Shown here: positions 45,934 to 55,668 of the stretch, piece after piece
How the letters are laid out: the number at the start of each line of letters is the position of its first letter
Position numbering within the stretch: position 1 is the first letter of the stretch
Source: an uncultured Bacilli bacterium
GTDB lineage: Bacteria; Bacillota_I; Bacilli_A; RFN20; CAG-288
Assembly: GCA_934725685.1 (NCBI GenBank)
Contig: CAKVBX010000001.1
Location: 7,753 to 71,752, forward strand
DNA: 64,000 nt
Reading direction: 5' to 3'
The notes under the pieces: generated by a model
What the model saw: the letters and a program-made list of their open reading frames with translations, nothing else
What the model was told of the DNA's origin: nothing
Databases searched by the model: none
Translations under genes and position numbers: made by a program

Positions 45934-47705
45934 TCGGCTAAGAGCTTCTCGAGTTCATCGACAAGTTCGTTCATTCTTCTTGTGACGCACTCGAAGGCTT
46001 CCTTCTTGGTCAGATCGACACCGGCAATCTTCACCTCATCGATCGGATAAGTGGAACCGCCGGAGGAGAGCATCTTGATGTAGTTTTCAAAAGCGCCGGG
46101 AACCTTGTTCTTCACGTTCTCATAGATCAGCATGGAAGCCGTGAAGGAAGTAGCGTACTGATAGACATAGAACGGAGTGTAGAAGAGATGCGGGATATAA
46201 GCCCAGACAAGAGGTTTAACTTTCTCTTCCGTGATATCGATGCCGTAATACGTCTTGTAGAGCTTGACCATCTCTTCGGAAAGGACGGAATAATCAATCG
46301 GATTGCCTTCTTCGGCAAGCTTGGCAATCTCATATTCATACTGTCCAAACAGCGTCTGACGATAGAAGGTAGAGCAAATCTGATCGATTGCCTTCTGAAG
46401 CAGAGCAATCTTGTCATTGCGGGAAAGGTCTCCCCGTTCCATGAGATAATCGAGAAGGTTATGCTCATTGAAGGTCGAAGCAATCTCCGCGACGAAAATG
46501 GTGTAATCCTGCTTGAGAATCGGCTGTTTCTCTTCGGTATACAGCGTATGGATACTGTGACCGGATTCATGGGCAAGTGTGAAGACATCCTCTAAAGTTC
46601 CGTTGAAATTGAGAAGGATGAAAGGATGGATTCCGCTCCCGCCACTCGAATAGGCGCCCGTTCTCTTTCCAGGAGTGTTGTAGACATCGACATACCCATC
46701 GGAAGTGACCTCGTGGGCTTTTTTTCGGAAATCTTCCGGAAACGCCTTGATGGAATCAAAAAAGAGTTCCTTCGCTTCGTCAAAGGTATAAGTCTTTTCA
46801 CTCTTGGCAAGTTCGACAAAACGGTCGTAAGAGCGATGTTTCTCCAGACCGAGATATTTTCTTCTCAGTTCATAATAGCGGTGAAGCGCCTCGTTTTCGG
46901 TAGAGGCGACTTCAACGAGACTATGGAAGACTTTCTCATCGATGTTGTTCTGATAGAGGTGTTCCTGAAGAACGGAGGAATAGCCTCTCGCCTTCTTCTC
47001 GGCAATCTGTGCCTGAAGGACGGCGTTGTAGATTTCGCCATAAGTATTCTTATGCTCGTCATACCAGGTATACAGCGATTCGAAGATTCTTCTTCTGTCT
47101 TCCTGGGAAGCAGCCTGAGCGACCAAAGTCGTCCAGTTGGCCTGATTGACCTCCACTTCCTTGCCGTCGGTCAGAGTGACCTTCTTGGGCTGATAGTCTG
47201 CGACGGAAAGAAGGGAGTAGAGCTGAGAACCGGCTCCGGAAAGCGGAGCATAATAGCTGAGCAGCTTCTCCTGTTCGAACGGACGAACGAACTTTTCGCT
47301 GCGGAAGAGCTTTTCGAACATGAAATCGAAATCGCAGAATTCCGGATTTTTCTTCAGAAACGCATCGACATAGTTCTTTCCGAGCTTGAGAATTTCCGGA
47401 TTGACAAAGCTGGTCTTAACGGCATAGTCATTAAACAGCAAGTCGATTTTGGAATAATCCTTGGCATTCTCGACATTCTTCTTGTCGAGATCACTTCTCA
47501 TCGAAGCGAACATCGCAAGACGGGTGATGCGGATGTTGGCTTCCCGTTCGAGAAGCAGATATTTCCGGAATCCCTCTTCGGTTCCTAGTTTTCCCTGAAG
47601 TTCTTCATAGGCAGGAAGGATATCGGCTTTGACGTCTTCGAGTTCCCTGAGGAATTCCTCCTCGTTTTTATAAATCTTAGTAAGATCCCATTTATTCTTT
47701 TCCAT
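45930..47705 (-). CDS. pepF: oligoendopeptidase F (M3B family)
   Basis: HESGHSIH zinc motif (HExxH). 591 aa, typical PepF length and layout. Confidence 0.85.
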   Translation of the reverse strand: MEKNKWDLTKIYKNEEEFLRELEDVKADILPAYEELQGKLGTEEGFRKYLLLEREANIRITRLAMFASMRSDLDKKNVENAKDYSKIDLLFNDYAVKTSFVNPEILKLGKNYVDAFLKKNPEFCDFDFMFEKLFRSEKFVRPFEQEKLLSYYAPLSGAGSQLYSLLSVADYQPKKVTLTDGKEVEVNQANWTTLVAQAASQEDRRRIFESLYTWYDEHKNTYGEIYNAVLQAQIAEKKARGYSSVLQEHLYQNNIDEKVFHSLVEVASTENEALHRYYELRRKYLGLEKHRSYDRFVELAKSEKTYTFDEAKELFFDSIKAFPEDFRKKAHEVTSDGYVDVYNTPGKRTGAYSSGGSGIHPFILLNFNGTLEDVFTLAHESGHSIHTLYTEEKQPILKQDYTIFVAEIASTFNEHNLLDYLMERGDLSRNDKIALLQKAIDQICSTFYRQTLFGQYEYEIAKLAEEGNPIDYSVLSEEMVKLYKTYYGIDITEEKVKPLVWAYIPHLFYTPFYVYQYATSFTASMLIYENVKNKVPGAFENYIKMLSSGGSTYPIDEVKIAGVDLTKKEAFECVTRRMNELVDELEKLLAE

Positions 47706-47948
47706 GGTTTCTCCTCCTTAAAGCATAATACTATCAGTATCGGGTTATCTTTTCAAACAGGATAATAACAGAATTTTGAAAAAACATAGTTTTTTTCTCA
47801 TTTCGCATGTGTCTTTCACCGAAAACACCGGTTTTTGTCCCACAAAAGAAAAAGACGGGAATAATGAAAGGGCTTCCCTCATGTTTCCTTTTCCCAAAAA
47901 AAGGTTATAGTATTAGAACGTATCTTATAGAAGGAGATTTTGTTTCAT

Positions 47949-49349
47949 ATGCCAGTTGATTTTCTGATTGATATTCCGAAAGACAACAATCCCCAGGCGT
48001 ACAAAATCCTGTTGCCGCTCGGTCTACTTCTTCTGCTTTCGAAGGTCTTTGCCCTGATTCTCGGCAAAATCAAGATTCCGCAGGTCATTGCCTACCTTCT
48101 CTCCGGTCTCGTCGTCGGTCTGATCTACCTCATTCCTGGTCAGAACGTCCTCACCGACTACACGGTCACGGACGGCCTTGCCTTCTTCTCGAAGGTTGCG
48201 GTCATCCTGATCATGTTCTCCGCCGGCATCGAAACCGACATCAAGAAAGTCAGGTCCGTCGGTCTCGCCTCGTTCTTCATCGCCCTGATGGGTGTCTTAG
48301 TCCCGATGCTTCTCACCTTCCTCGTCGCTTTCCTGATTGATCAGGGAACCGGAGGAAGTCTCCATCTGGAAGGATCTAATGTCAATCCGCTCTATACGGA
48401 ACTCTATTACGGCGTCATCCTGACTGCCACCTCTGTCTCCGTCACCGTCGCGACCCTCAAGGAACTCGGAAAACTCGATTCCAAGATCGGCTCCGCCCTG
48501 GTCTCCGCCGCTATCATCGATGACATCATCGGCATCATCGTCCTCTCCTTGGTCATCTCCTTATCCAGCTCCTCCGGAGGAGCGACCGGAACCGACTTTG
48601 CCTCCATGCTCTTCCGCCTGCTTCCGCAAAGTGCCCAGTCTCCTGCCCTCAACATCCTCTTCATCCTCCTCTTCATGGCGCTTTTCTTCGGCCTCACCTT
48701 CTTCGCCGGCATCTTCATCCGCAAACTCTTCAATTATCTCGGCACCAAATTCCCGCACCACATCCGTATCACCATCCTCTCCCTCGCCTTCTGCTTCATC
48801 TGGTCTTATCTTGCCGAATTCTTCAATATCGCCGATATCACCGGCGCCTATCTGATGGGTCTCATCCTCTCCTCGACGGTCGCCCACGGCTATATCGACC
48901 ATCGTGCCGAAACGACGTGCAACTATCTCTTCGCCCCGGTCTTCTTCGGCAACATCGCCATGGGAATGTATCAGTCGAAGTTCGACTTCAGTGATCCGAA
49001 ATTCGTCACCTTCATGATTTTCGGCTTTATATGGATTCTCTTGGGACTCCTCGGAAAAGTCCTCGGTTCCGGTATCGCAGGTCTCTGCTTCAAATTCGGA
49101 TTCCATGGTTCCCTCATCGTCGGATTTGGTATGATGGCAAGAGCCGAGGTTCTGATTGTCTGTGCCGAGAAAGGCATCTCCGCCGGCTTAGTCTCCGATA
49201 ACATCATGCCGTTTTGCCTCCTTTTGATTCTCATCTCCTCCTTCGCCACCCCGATTTTCCTAAAACTCGGTTACCGTGGCTTAGATAAGGCGGAAAAGAA
49301 ACTGCAGATGGAAAAAAGCGCCGAAGAAAAGACAAAACAGAAAAACTGA
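47949..49349 (+). CDS. cation:proton antiporter (CPA-type Na+/H+ exchanger)
   Basis: ~12 TM helices, Gly-rich repeats typical of CPA2/NapA-type antiporters. ATG at 47949 chosen (RBS AAGGAG), not the TTG at 47940. Confidence 0.6.
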   Translation: MPVDFLIDIPKDNNPQAYKILLPLGLLLLLSKVFALILGKIKIPQVIAYLLSGLVVGLIYLIPGQNVLTDYTVTDGLAFFSKVAVILIMFSAGIETDIKKVRSVGLASFFIALMGVLVPMLLTFLVAFLIDQGTGGSLHLEGSNVNPLYTELYYGVILTATSVSVTVATLKELGKLDSKIGSALVSAAIIDDIIGIIVLSLVISLSSSSGGATGTDFASMLFRLLPQSAQSPALNILFILLFMALFFGLTFFAGIFIRKLFNYLGTKFPHHIRITILSLAFCFIWSYLAEFFNIADITGAYLMGLILSSTVAHGYIDHRAETTCNYLFAPVFFGNIAMGMYQSKFDFSDPKFVTFMIFGFIWILLGLLGKVLGSGIAGLCFKFGFHGSLIVGFGMMARAEVLIVCAEKGISAGLVSDNIMPFCLLLILISSFATPIFLKLGYRGLDKAEKKLQMEKSAEEKTKQKN

Positions 49350-49356
49350 TTGATAA

Positions 49357-49390
49357 AAAGAGTTCCAAGCAGTAGCTCAGAACTCTTTTT
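49357..49390. terminator. bidirectional terminator shared by antiporter (+) and RNase (-) genes
   Basis: AAAGAGTTC-13 nt-GAACTCTTTTTT. The loop contains the RNase stop codon. Confidence 0.65.
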
Positions 49391-50375
49391 TGATGACTTC
49401 CGGATATGCAGTCTTATAGATGGCCGTATCATTATCCATCGTTCCGCCGCCGGAAATATTACCAAACCATTTCCCCCATCCATTCTCATAATTGAGGTAT
49501 TCCTGGAAATCGTTGTAGTGATTGAAGGTATAGAACACCTTACGCTCGGAGACTTCCGTAATCGCTCTTCCGCTCTTGTACTGACGGGTGTAAACAATGC
49601 GGGAAGCTCCACGGATAATGGTTTGTCCATTATTGTATTCTCCCTTATTGGAGACGGTGGAATATTCATAACTTCCTGTCGTTCCGATATCGATCTCATA
49701 GTATTTCTTATCGTTGAGATCGGGGAGGACCGGCTCATACTTATAGCGGTCGGTATCACAGGAAAAATAGCTGTGATTGAGACGGAGATATTTTCCCCAC
49801 TCACTGTTGGACGGCTTCAGTTTCTTCGATTCCGAATAATTGGCTGGGATATCGCCAAAGGCATAGAGATACGCGGCCACTTCTTCGAGAATGACATAGG
49901 CACCGCCTTTGTAGATGGTATTGACGACTTTTCCGGTCTTATCCACGATATCATAGCTGAGACCGTCAGCGCTGAGGCCGCTATTTGCATTGAAGACGTA
50001 TTTGCCATCTTCCATCGGCGGATTCTCCGCGATGGTGGGACGCTGTTTCTGGCTTTCGATGCTTCCGGACATGAAGTGATGCAATGTGCGATACTGGCTA
50101 TCCTTATAGCTTGTCGCAGGAACATAATTCTTATAGAATGCCGTCTCACTCATATTGACATAAGGATCCGTATCCGGGCCGTCATTGCGTTCCGTCACCT
50201 TCTCGGAATTAGAAGAGGCAGAAAAGGACTCCGTGTTCTTTTCCGTCATATCGGAAGCGACAGAAGAAGTGGTAACCGAATCCGTCTTCTTTTCCGAAGA
50301 AAGACCAGGGAAGGAGAAGTCGCAGGAAGCGAGGAATAATGATAAAATAAGAAAAGGAAATGTTTTTGTTTTCAT
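49377..50375 (-). CDS. barnase/RNase Sa-family extracellular ribonuclease, lipoprotein form
   Basis: Start at the internal Met (MKTKTFPFLILSLFLAS-C lipobox). The C-terminal ~110 aa align with barnase: VAAYLYAFGDIPANY (compare VADYLQTYHKLPDNY), GKYLRLN..., RIVYTRQYKSG, YTFNHYNDF (compare YKTTDHYQTF, catalytic His). It follows a ~170-aa Ser/Thr-rich linker plus an extra domain. Confidence 0.65.
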   Translation of the reverse strand: MKTKTFPFLILSLFLASCDFSFPGLSSEKKTDSVTTSSVASDMTEKNTESFSASSNSEKVTERNDGPDTDPYVNMSETAFYKNYVPATSYKDSQYRTLHHFMSGSIESQKQRPTIAENPPMEDGKYVFNANSGLSADGLSYDIVDKTGKVVNTIYKGGAYVILEEVAAYLYAFGDIPANYSESKKLKPSNSEWGKYLRLNHSYFSCDTDRYKYEPVLPDLNDKKYYEIDIGTTGSYEYSTVSNKGEYNNGQTIIRGASRIVYTRQYKSGRAITEVSERKVFYTFNHYNDFQEYLNYENGWGKWFGNISGGGTMDNDTAIYKTAYPEVIKKEF

Positions 50376-50418
50376 GGGAACATTATGATAACAAATTCCG
50401 CATGGGAGGAAAATACTG

Positions 50419-51108
50419 ATGAACAAAAAAAGAATCGCCATCCTCCTTCTCGCAGGGAAAAGCGAACGTTTTCTCAGGGACGGGAACCAGATCAAAAAAC
50501 AGTTCTATCCCATTCAAGGGATTCCGCTTTTTCTCTATCCGCTGATTTCCCTCCTCAGTTCCGGACTCTTTGAGAAGATTCTTCTTGTCCATGAGGAGGA
50601 AGACCGCGCTTTGATCATCAAATACCTAGACGAAAACAAAATCGACGGAGCGAATCTCATATTGATTCCGGGGGGCAAAGACAGAAACGAATCTGTCTAT
50701 CACGCCCTTCGATATCTGAAAGAGAACAAAAAAGAAAACGAAAACATCGCCCTTTTCATTCACGATGCCGCAAGAGCCTGTTTGCCTCTTTCGATTCTGA
50801 TGAGACTCGATGCCCTTGCCGACCAATATGATGCCATCACTCCCGTCATCCCGGTCAGTGACTCTCTGATCCGTGAGAATGCCTATGTTCCAAGGGAAAA
50901 TCTCTATCGTGTTCAGACTCCTCAGGTCTTAGATTTTTCCTCTCTCTGTCAGGCATATGCATGCGAAAGTATCGAATCTAAAACAGATGACTATTCCAAA
51001 GTCCTAGCTCTAGGCGGAAAGACAACCATGATTGAGGGTGACAACATTCTTTTCAAGGTCACCTATCCGCAAGATTTAAAAATAATGGAAAAATTAATTG
51101 CGAAGTAG
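50419..51108 (+). CDS. IspD/TarI-family cytidylyltransferase (MEP cytidylyltransferase or ribitol-5-P cytidylyltransferase)
   Basis: AILLLAGKSERF (P-loop-like), KQF.PI.GIPL, IHDAARACLP (compare IspD VHDAARPCL). Confidence 0.7.
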   Translation: MNKKRIAILLLAGKSERFLRDGNQIKKQFYPIQGIPLFLYPLISLLSSGLFEKILLVHEEEDRALIIKYLDENKIDGANLILIPGGKDRNESVYHALRYLKENKKENENIALFIHDAARACLPLSILMRLDALADQYDAITPVIPVSDSLIRENAYVPRENLYRVQTPQVLDFSSLCQAYACESIESKTDDYSKVLALGGKTTMIEGDNILFKVTYPQDLKIMEKLIAK

Positions 51109-51200
51109 TTATTTTTCAATTTACTTTTTCTATATATTCTATTAAGATAGTGCCTCGGACGAAAAACAACCATATCAATTAATAGGAGGAATATTGCCAA

Positions 51201-52490
51201 ATGGTCAATGTTTCATTACATGGAAATTCGAAATTAGACTTCTCCGTCATCGATGAGAGAGGCCTTGAAGTCGCCGACAAAATCGAAAAGAGAAATGGTG
51301 CCGGAAGCGACTTCTTAGGCTGGCTCGACTACACTTCCAAACTTCCGGAAGCGGAAATCAAGCACATCCAGGATGCAGCCGACCGCATCAGAAAAGACTT
51401 CGATTGTCTCGTTGTCTGCGGTATCGGTGGTTCCTACCTCGGTGCCAGAGCAGTCATCGAAGCCATCCGCGGTCTTTATCCGGAAGACAACTTCGAAATC
51501 ATCTTCTTCGGCAACACGCTCTCTTCCGACTATTCCGCCCAGGTCCTCAACCACCTCAAGAACAAGAAGTTTGCCATCAACGTCATTTCCAAGAGCGGAA
51601 CCACGACCGAAACAGCCGTTTCCTTCCGTCTTTTGAAGAACCTTCTCGTTGAAAAGTACGGAAAAGAAATCCTCAAGGAAGCCGTTTTTGCTACAACCGA
51701 CAAAGCCAGAGGCGCTCTCAAGAAAGAAGCAGAAAAGGAAGGCTATGACTGCTTTGTTATTCCGGATGATGTCGGCGGAAGATATTCTGTCATCACGCCG
51801 GTCGGCCTTCTTCCAATCGCTGCCAGCGGCATTGACATCCGTGCCTTCATCGAAGGCGTCAGAAACGCCGAAAAGGAATATTCCGATCACGACTACAAAA
51901 AGAATCCGGCCTATTATTACGGAGCCTTACGTTATCTCATGAACATCGAGGAAAGAAAAACTTCTGAAATGTTCGTCACCTATAACCTCCAGTACCAGAT
52001 GATTGGCGAATGGCTCAAGCAGCTTTTCGATGAATCCGAAGGCAAAGACTATCAGGCGCTCTTATGCACTTCTGCCACCTTCACGACCGACCTCCATTCC
52101 ATGGGCCAGTTCATCCAGCAGGGTTCCCCGCTCCTCTTCGAAACCATCATCAACGTCGAACATTCCCTTCAGGAAGTCGTCGTTCCTTCCGATGACGAGA
52201 ACCTCGATAACCTCAACTACCTCGCCGGCAAGAAGATGTCCTACATCAACAGCAAAGCCTATGAAGCAACCCTCAAGGCCCATACAGAAGGTCATACTCC
52301 TGCCATCGTCCTCACCATCGAAAAAATGGACGCCGAAAACCTCGGAAACCTCATGTATTTTTTCTTCCGTGCCTGCGCCTATTCCGCCTACCTTCTCAAC
52401 GTCAATCCCTTCAATCAGCCTGGTGTCGAAATCTACAAGTCCAATATGTTCACCCTTTTGGGCAAGCCGGGATACGAAAAGAAGAACTAG
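51201..52490 (+). CDS. pgi: glucose-6-phosphate isomerase (short Firmicutes type)
   Basis: DCLVVCGIGGSYLGARA, GGRYSVITPVGLLP, and overall collinearity with PGI. Confidence 0.85.
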   Translation: MVNVSLHGNSKLDFSVIDERGLEVADKIEKRNGAGSDFLGWLDYTSKLPEAEIKHIQDAADRIRKDFDCLVVCGIGGSYLGARAVIEAIRGLYPEDNFEIIFFGNTLSSDYSAQVLNHLKNKKFAINVISKSGTTTETAVSFRLLKNLLVEKYGKEILKEAVFATTDKARGALKKEAEKEGYDCFVIPDDVGGRYSVITPVGLLPIAASGIDIRAFIEGVRNAEKEYSDHDYKKNPAYYYGALRYLMNIEERKTSEMFVTYNLQYQMIGEWLKQLFDESEGKDYQALLCTSATFTTDLHSMGQFIQQGSPLLFETIINVEHSLQEVVVPSDDENLDNLNYLAGKKMSYINSKAYEATLKAHTEGHTPAIVLTIEKMDAENLGNLMYFFFRACAYSAYLLNVNPFNQPGVEIYKSNMFTLLGKPGYEKKN

Positions 52491-52504
52491 TCAATTATTA
52501 TTTT

Positions 52505-52545
52505 TCCGCAGGGCCACAGAATTTGTGGCTTTGCGGAAAATATTT
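52505..52545 (+). terminator. rho-independent terminator after pgi; tRNA-operon promoter follows (TTGAAA-17-TATAAT at ~52550-52578)
   Basis: CCGCAGGGCCACA-GAATT-TGTGGCTTTGCGG. Confidence 0.6.
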
Positions 52546-52598
52546 GCTTGAAAGTCGTAATTTGTGTTGATATAATATCAAAGCGCTGAAAATTCGGC

Positions 52599-52675
52599 GG
52601 ATGCTTAGCTCAGCTGGTTAGAGCATCGCCTTTACACGGCGGGGGTCAGGAGTTCGAATCTCTTAGCATCCACCA
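52599..52675 (+). tRNA. tRNA-Val (TAC)
   Basis: Acceptor GGATGCT/AGCATCC, anticodon loop TTTACAC, T-arm GGAGTTCGAATCTC, CCA. Confidence 0.85.
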
Positions 52676-52706
52676 TTCTGTAAAAATCAGCGGCATCCAT
52701 CTAAGT

Positions 52707-52790
52707 GGGCGGTTAGCAAAGAGGCCAAATGCGGCAGACTGTAAATCTGTTCCTTCGGGTTCCGTGGTTCGAATCCACGACCGCCCACCA
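52707..52790 (+). tRNA. tRNA-Tyr (GTA)
   Basis: Acceptor GGGCGGT/ACCGCCC, anticodon loop CTGTAAA, long variable arm, CCA. Confidence 0.8.
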
Positions 52791-52873
52791 CTTTTTTCTT
52801 CCTATCACCTGTCCCTCTCCTGACGTCGTTTCTGCATCTAAACCGAATGGCGATCAGTGCACTGGCCATACGT

Positions 52874-52948
52874 TGGGATATAGCCAAGTGGTAAGGCATC
52901 AGACTTTGACTCTGATATGCGAAGGTTCGAGCCCTTCTATCCCAGCCA
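52874..52948 (+). tRNA. tRNA-Gln (TTG)
   Basis: Acceptor TGGGATA/TATCCCA, anticodon loop CTTTGAC, CCA. Confidence 0.8.
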
Positions 52949-52959
52949 TATTATGAAAT

Positions 52960-53035
52960 GACTCGTTAGCTCAGCTGGTAGAGCACTTGACTTTTAATCA
53001 AGGGGCCATGGATTCGAGTTCCATACGAGTCACCA
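52960..53035 (+). tRNA. tRNA-Lys (TTT)
   Basis: Acceptor GACTCGT/ACGAGTC, anticodon loop CTTTTAA, CCA. Confidence 0.85.
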
Positions 53036-53042
53036 CTTCTTC

Positions 53043-53130
53043 GCCCGGGTGGCGAAATCGGTAGACGCACGGGATTTAAAATCCCGCGGACTAATACTCC
53101 GTGCCGGTTCAAGTCCGGCCCCGGGCACCA
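53043..53130 (+). tRNA. tRNA-Leu (TAA)
   Basis: Acceptor GCCCGGG/CCCGGGC, anticodon loop TTTAAAA, long variable arm, CCA. Confidence 0.85.
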
Positions 53131-53252
53131 GTTCGATACTGCGTAAGTTTTATATAGCAATCAAATCACCGCTAGGTGATTTTTTTCGTTTCTCTTTTCC
53201 ACCCATGAATTTTTCACTGAGTGTTATAATAATCCCCGGAGATTTTTTTGAT

Positions 53253-53600
53253 ATGGAACAAGAACAGATTCAACTGATTGATCGAATCGACGAAGTCCTC
53301 GAACGACTCCGTCCCTTCCTTCAGAGAGATGGCGGCAATGTCCATCTCGATCATTACGACTTCGATACCAACACCTGCTACGTCAGAATGAGCGGCGCAT
53401 GCAACGGCTGCTATATGGCAAGCTCTGATGTCTCCGACACCGTCGCCGTTCTCCTCATGGACGAGATTCCGGAAATCAAGGACGTCAAGCTGATCGAACC
53501 CGAACAACAAAGCTTCGAAGACATGCTCAAAAGGCTCCGTGAAGAAGAACAGGCCAACAAGGAACTCGAAGAATACAACAAGACACACAGAAACCAATAA
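53253..53600 (+). CDS. NifU/Nfu-family Fe-S cluster assembly protein (C-terminal NifU domain)
   Basis: LRPFLQRDGGNV.L and MSGACNGC motifs. Start chosen at MEQEQ; the longer track ORF runs through the tRNA genes. Confidence 0.6.
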   Translation: MEQEQIQLIDRIDEVLERLRPFLQRDGGNVHLDHYDFDTNTCYVRMSGACNGCYMASSDVSDTVAVLLMDEIPEIKDVKLIEPEQQSFEDMLKRLREEEQANKELEEYNKTHRNQ

Positions 53601-53655
53601 TCTGTGCGCCTAAGCCGTTTTATTGTGATACAATTTCAAAAGAGGTAAATCAAAA

Positions 53656-54300
53656 ATGAATGAAGAAAAAACTTTTATTGTCGAAACCAGTGCCCATCAC
53701 ATCCATGTGACCCAGGAAGCACTCGAATATCTTTTCGGTGAGGGTGCCACCCTCGGCGTCAGAAAGGAACTTTCCCAGCCCGGGCAGTTCGCTTCCGATA
53801 AGCGTCTCGACATCGTCTATCACGCTTCCGTGAAGAACAAAGTCACCGGCGAAATCGAGAAGAAGGACTTCACCATCAAGAACATGTCCATCCTCGGACC
53901 GGTGAGAAGCGCCAACCAGGTCGAAATCTCCATGACCGAAGCCCGTTCCCTCAAAGCCAGTGTTCCGGTCCGCGAATCCGGTGACCTCAAGGGTTCTGCC
54001 CCTGTTACCCTCGTCAACCCGCTCAACGGAAAATCCTTCGACTGTGCCGAAGGCATGATCATCGCCAAGAGACATATCCATATGACTCCCGCCGATGCCG
54101 AAGAATTCGGTGTCAAGAACGGTGATATCGTTGCCGTCAAGATTGTCTCCCCCAACGGAAGAAGTGCCATCCTCGGCGATACCGTCATCCGTGTCTCTTC
54201 CAAGTATGCTCTCGCCATGCACATTGATACCGATGAAAGCAATGCCGTCGGCGGTGCCAGCAGCGGTGTTGTCGGGTCTCTCGTCAAGATCGACTTCTGA
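53656..54300 (+). CDS. pduL: PduL-type phosphate acyltransferase (phosphate propanoyl/acetyl-transferase)
   Basis: Two-repeat architecture with AHHIHVT and AKRHIHMTPADA motifs, as in PduL/EutD-type PTAC. RBS AAAGAGG. Confidence 0.65.
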   Translation: MNEEKTFIVETSAHHIHVTQEALEYLFGEGATLGVRKELSQPGQFASDKRLDIVYHASVKNKVTGEIEKKDFTIKNMSILGPVRSANQVEISMTEARSLKASVPVRESGDLKGSAPVTLVNPLNGKSFDCAEGMIIAKRHIHMTPADAEEFGVKNGDIVAVKIVSPNGRSAILGDTVIRVSSKYALAMHIDTDESNAVGGASSGVVGSLVKIDF

Positions 54301-54317
54301 GTCGCAGGTGATTCATC

Positions 54318-55271
54318 ATGCCTAATCTTCTCGCACATTCCCTCATTGTCAAGCGTTTCTACAATCACGAAAACGAATTAGGCCATTTCGAAGGCAGCGA
54401 TTCTTTTGTAAAGGGCAATTATGATTTTCTGGTTTTAGGTTCCTTAGGACCCGATCCGCTTTTCTATACCGGAATTGTTCCATTTCACGGACTCCATCTC
54501 ATCACCGCCCTCCGGAAAGTCGGAAACCGGCTTCACAAGACGGACGGAAAACTTTTCTTCCGCTATCTCATCGAAGCCTGGTACACCATCGACAACGACA
54601 AGGAGAAGCGGCAGTTCGAAGCCTTCATCTTCGGACAGCTCGCCCACTATTTCCTCGACCGAGAAGCTCATCCCTACATCCTCTATGCTTCCGGTTTCGA
54701 CAAGGACGGAAGAATCACATCACACTATCATTTTGACCACGCCTATTTTGAAACCAATATCGACTGCGCCTTGGCAAAAAAATACCACATCAACCATTTT
54801 CTCACCAATCCGCAGGACATCATCTCCGAAAACAGACGGAATCTCGAGATTATCGACTGGAGTCTCGTGCCTGTCCTTGAGAAGATGTATTCCTTCAAAC
54901 TCCCCAAGCACATGTATACAAATGCAATCCGCAACATGAAATCGCTTCTCAAATCCATGAATCATCATGGGAAATGGAAGGCGAAGCTTCTCGGAAAAAG
55001 TATCTCCCTCTCCGCCATGGTTCAGCCCGCAGATCCGGATTTCTCCACACTGAATCTCGAAAAAAAGGAGTGGCTCGATCCGACCGACGGAAGCAAGCAC
55101 AACGATTCCTTCCTAGAGATGCATACCCGTGCCTACGAGCTTCTGATGGCCTGCTATCAGGACGTCCAGAAGTCCGGCTTCAACTATTCCGTCATCGCCA
55201 AATACCTCGACGGAAAAGATTATTATGGGGCAAAACCAGGTGCGATAAGAAAGTACAAAGCCGTTCCGTAA
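54318..55271 (+). CDS. zinc-dependent phospholipase C-like fold protein (cytoplasmic, no signal peptide)
   Basis: FGQLAHYFLDREAHPYI resembles the Zn-binding GEAMHYFGDIDTPYHP region of PF00882. N-terminal His. Confidence 0.35.
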   Translation: MPNLLAHSLIVKRFYNHENELGHFEGSDSFVKGNYDFLVLGSLGPDPLFYTGIVPFHGLHLITALRKVGNRLHKTDGKLFFRYLIEAWYTIDNDKEKRQFEAFIFGQLAHYFLDREAHPYILYASGFDKDGRITSHYHFDHAYFETNIDCALAKKYHINHFLTNPQDIISENRRNLEIIDWSLVPVLEKMYSFKLPKHMYTNAIRNMKSLLKSMNHHGKWKAKLLGKSISLSAMVQPADPDFSTLNLEKKEWLDPTDGSKHNDSFLEMHTRAYELLMACYQDVQKSGFNYSVIAKYLDGKDYYGAKPGAIRKYKAVP

Positions 55272-55402
55272 CGTATTCTGAGTGCCATCCGATAGGGTGG
55301 CACTTTTCTCTTTCCGTATATCTTGTTTTCCGCGTTTATCTTTTCTCATCAAAACCAGGGTTTTATGTTATAGTTATTACGTTTTACAAGGAGGCCTACG
55401 AT

Positions 55403-55666
55403 ATGGTCAAAGAATTCACCTATCAGCCACACGGAACCTGTTCCAGCATGATGTCCTTAAAAATCGATGACGAAACTGACACCATCCTCGATTTCCAAGT
55501 CAAAGGCGGATGCCCCGGCAATCTTCAGGGAATCAGAAGACTTATCATCGGAATGAACGCTTCGGATGTCGCCGAAAAACTGAAAGGCGTCCAGTGCGGT
55601 TTCAAACCGACTTCCTGTCCGGATCAGCTCTCCAAGGCACTCTTTGCCTACCTGGCTTCCAAATAA
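55403..55666 (+). CDS. TIGR03905-type TSCPD-domain small protein
   Basis: 87 aa: GGCPGNLQGIRRLIIGMNASDV...GVQCGFKPTSCPDQL. RBS AGGAGG. Confidence 0.5.
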   Translation: MVKEFTYQPHGTCSSMMSLKIDDETDTILDFQVKGGCPGNLQGIRRLIIGMNASDVAEKLKGVQCGFKPTSCPDQLSKALFAYLASK

Positions 55667-55668
55667 CC

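Noticed and set aside
46626-47588. 320-aa plus-strand ORF antisense to pepF
   Set aside because: It is a shadow ORF. pepF carries the HExxH motif and a full-length M3 layout.
48520-49106. Ser/Pro-rich plus-strand ORF and Glu/Gly-rich minus-strand ORF inside the antiporter gene
   Set aside because: They are frame shadows of a hydrophobic membrane-protein gene.
49350-50339. 329-aa plus-strand ORF antisense to the RNase gene
   Set aside because: The minus-strand product has a lipobox and clear barnase homology. The plus-strand ORF is I/L/R/G-rich antisense noise with no start context.
52966-53160. 64-aa minus-strand ORF and the 5' part of the 53049-53600 ORF overlapping tRNA-Lys and tRNA-Leu
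   Set aside because: They overlap well-formed tRNA genes. The NifU gene is better started at the internal Met at 53253.
54974-55402. Long 230-aa ORF spanning the PLC-like/TSCPD junction
   Set aside because: Only the last 87 codons (from the ATG at 55403 with AGGAGG) correspond to the conserved TSCPD protein. The upstream part overlaps the preceding gene in another frame.
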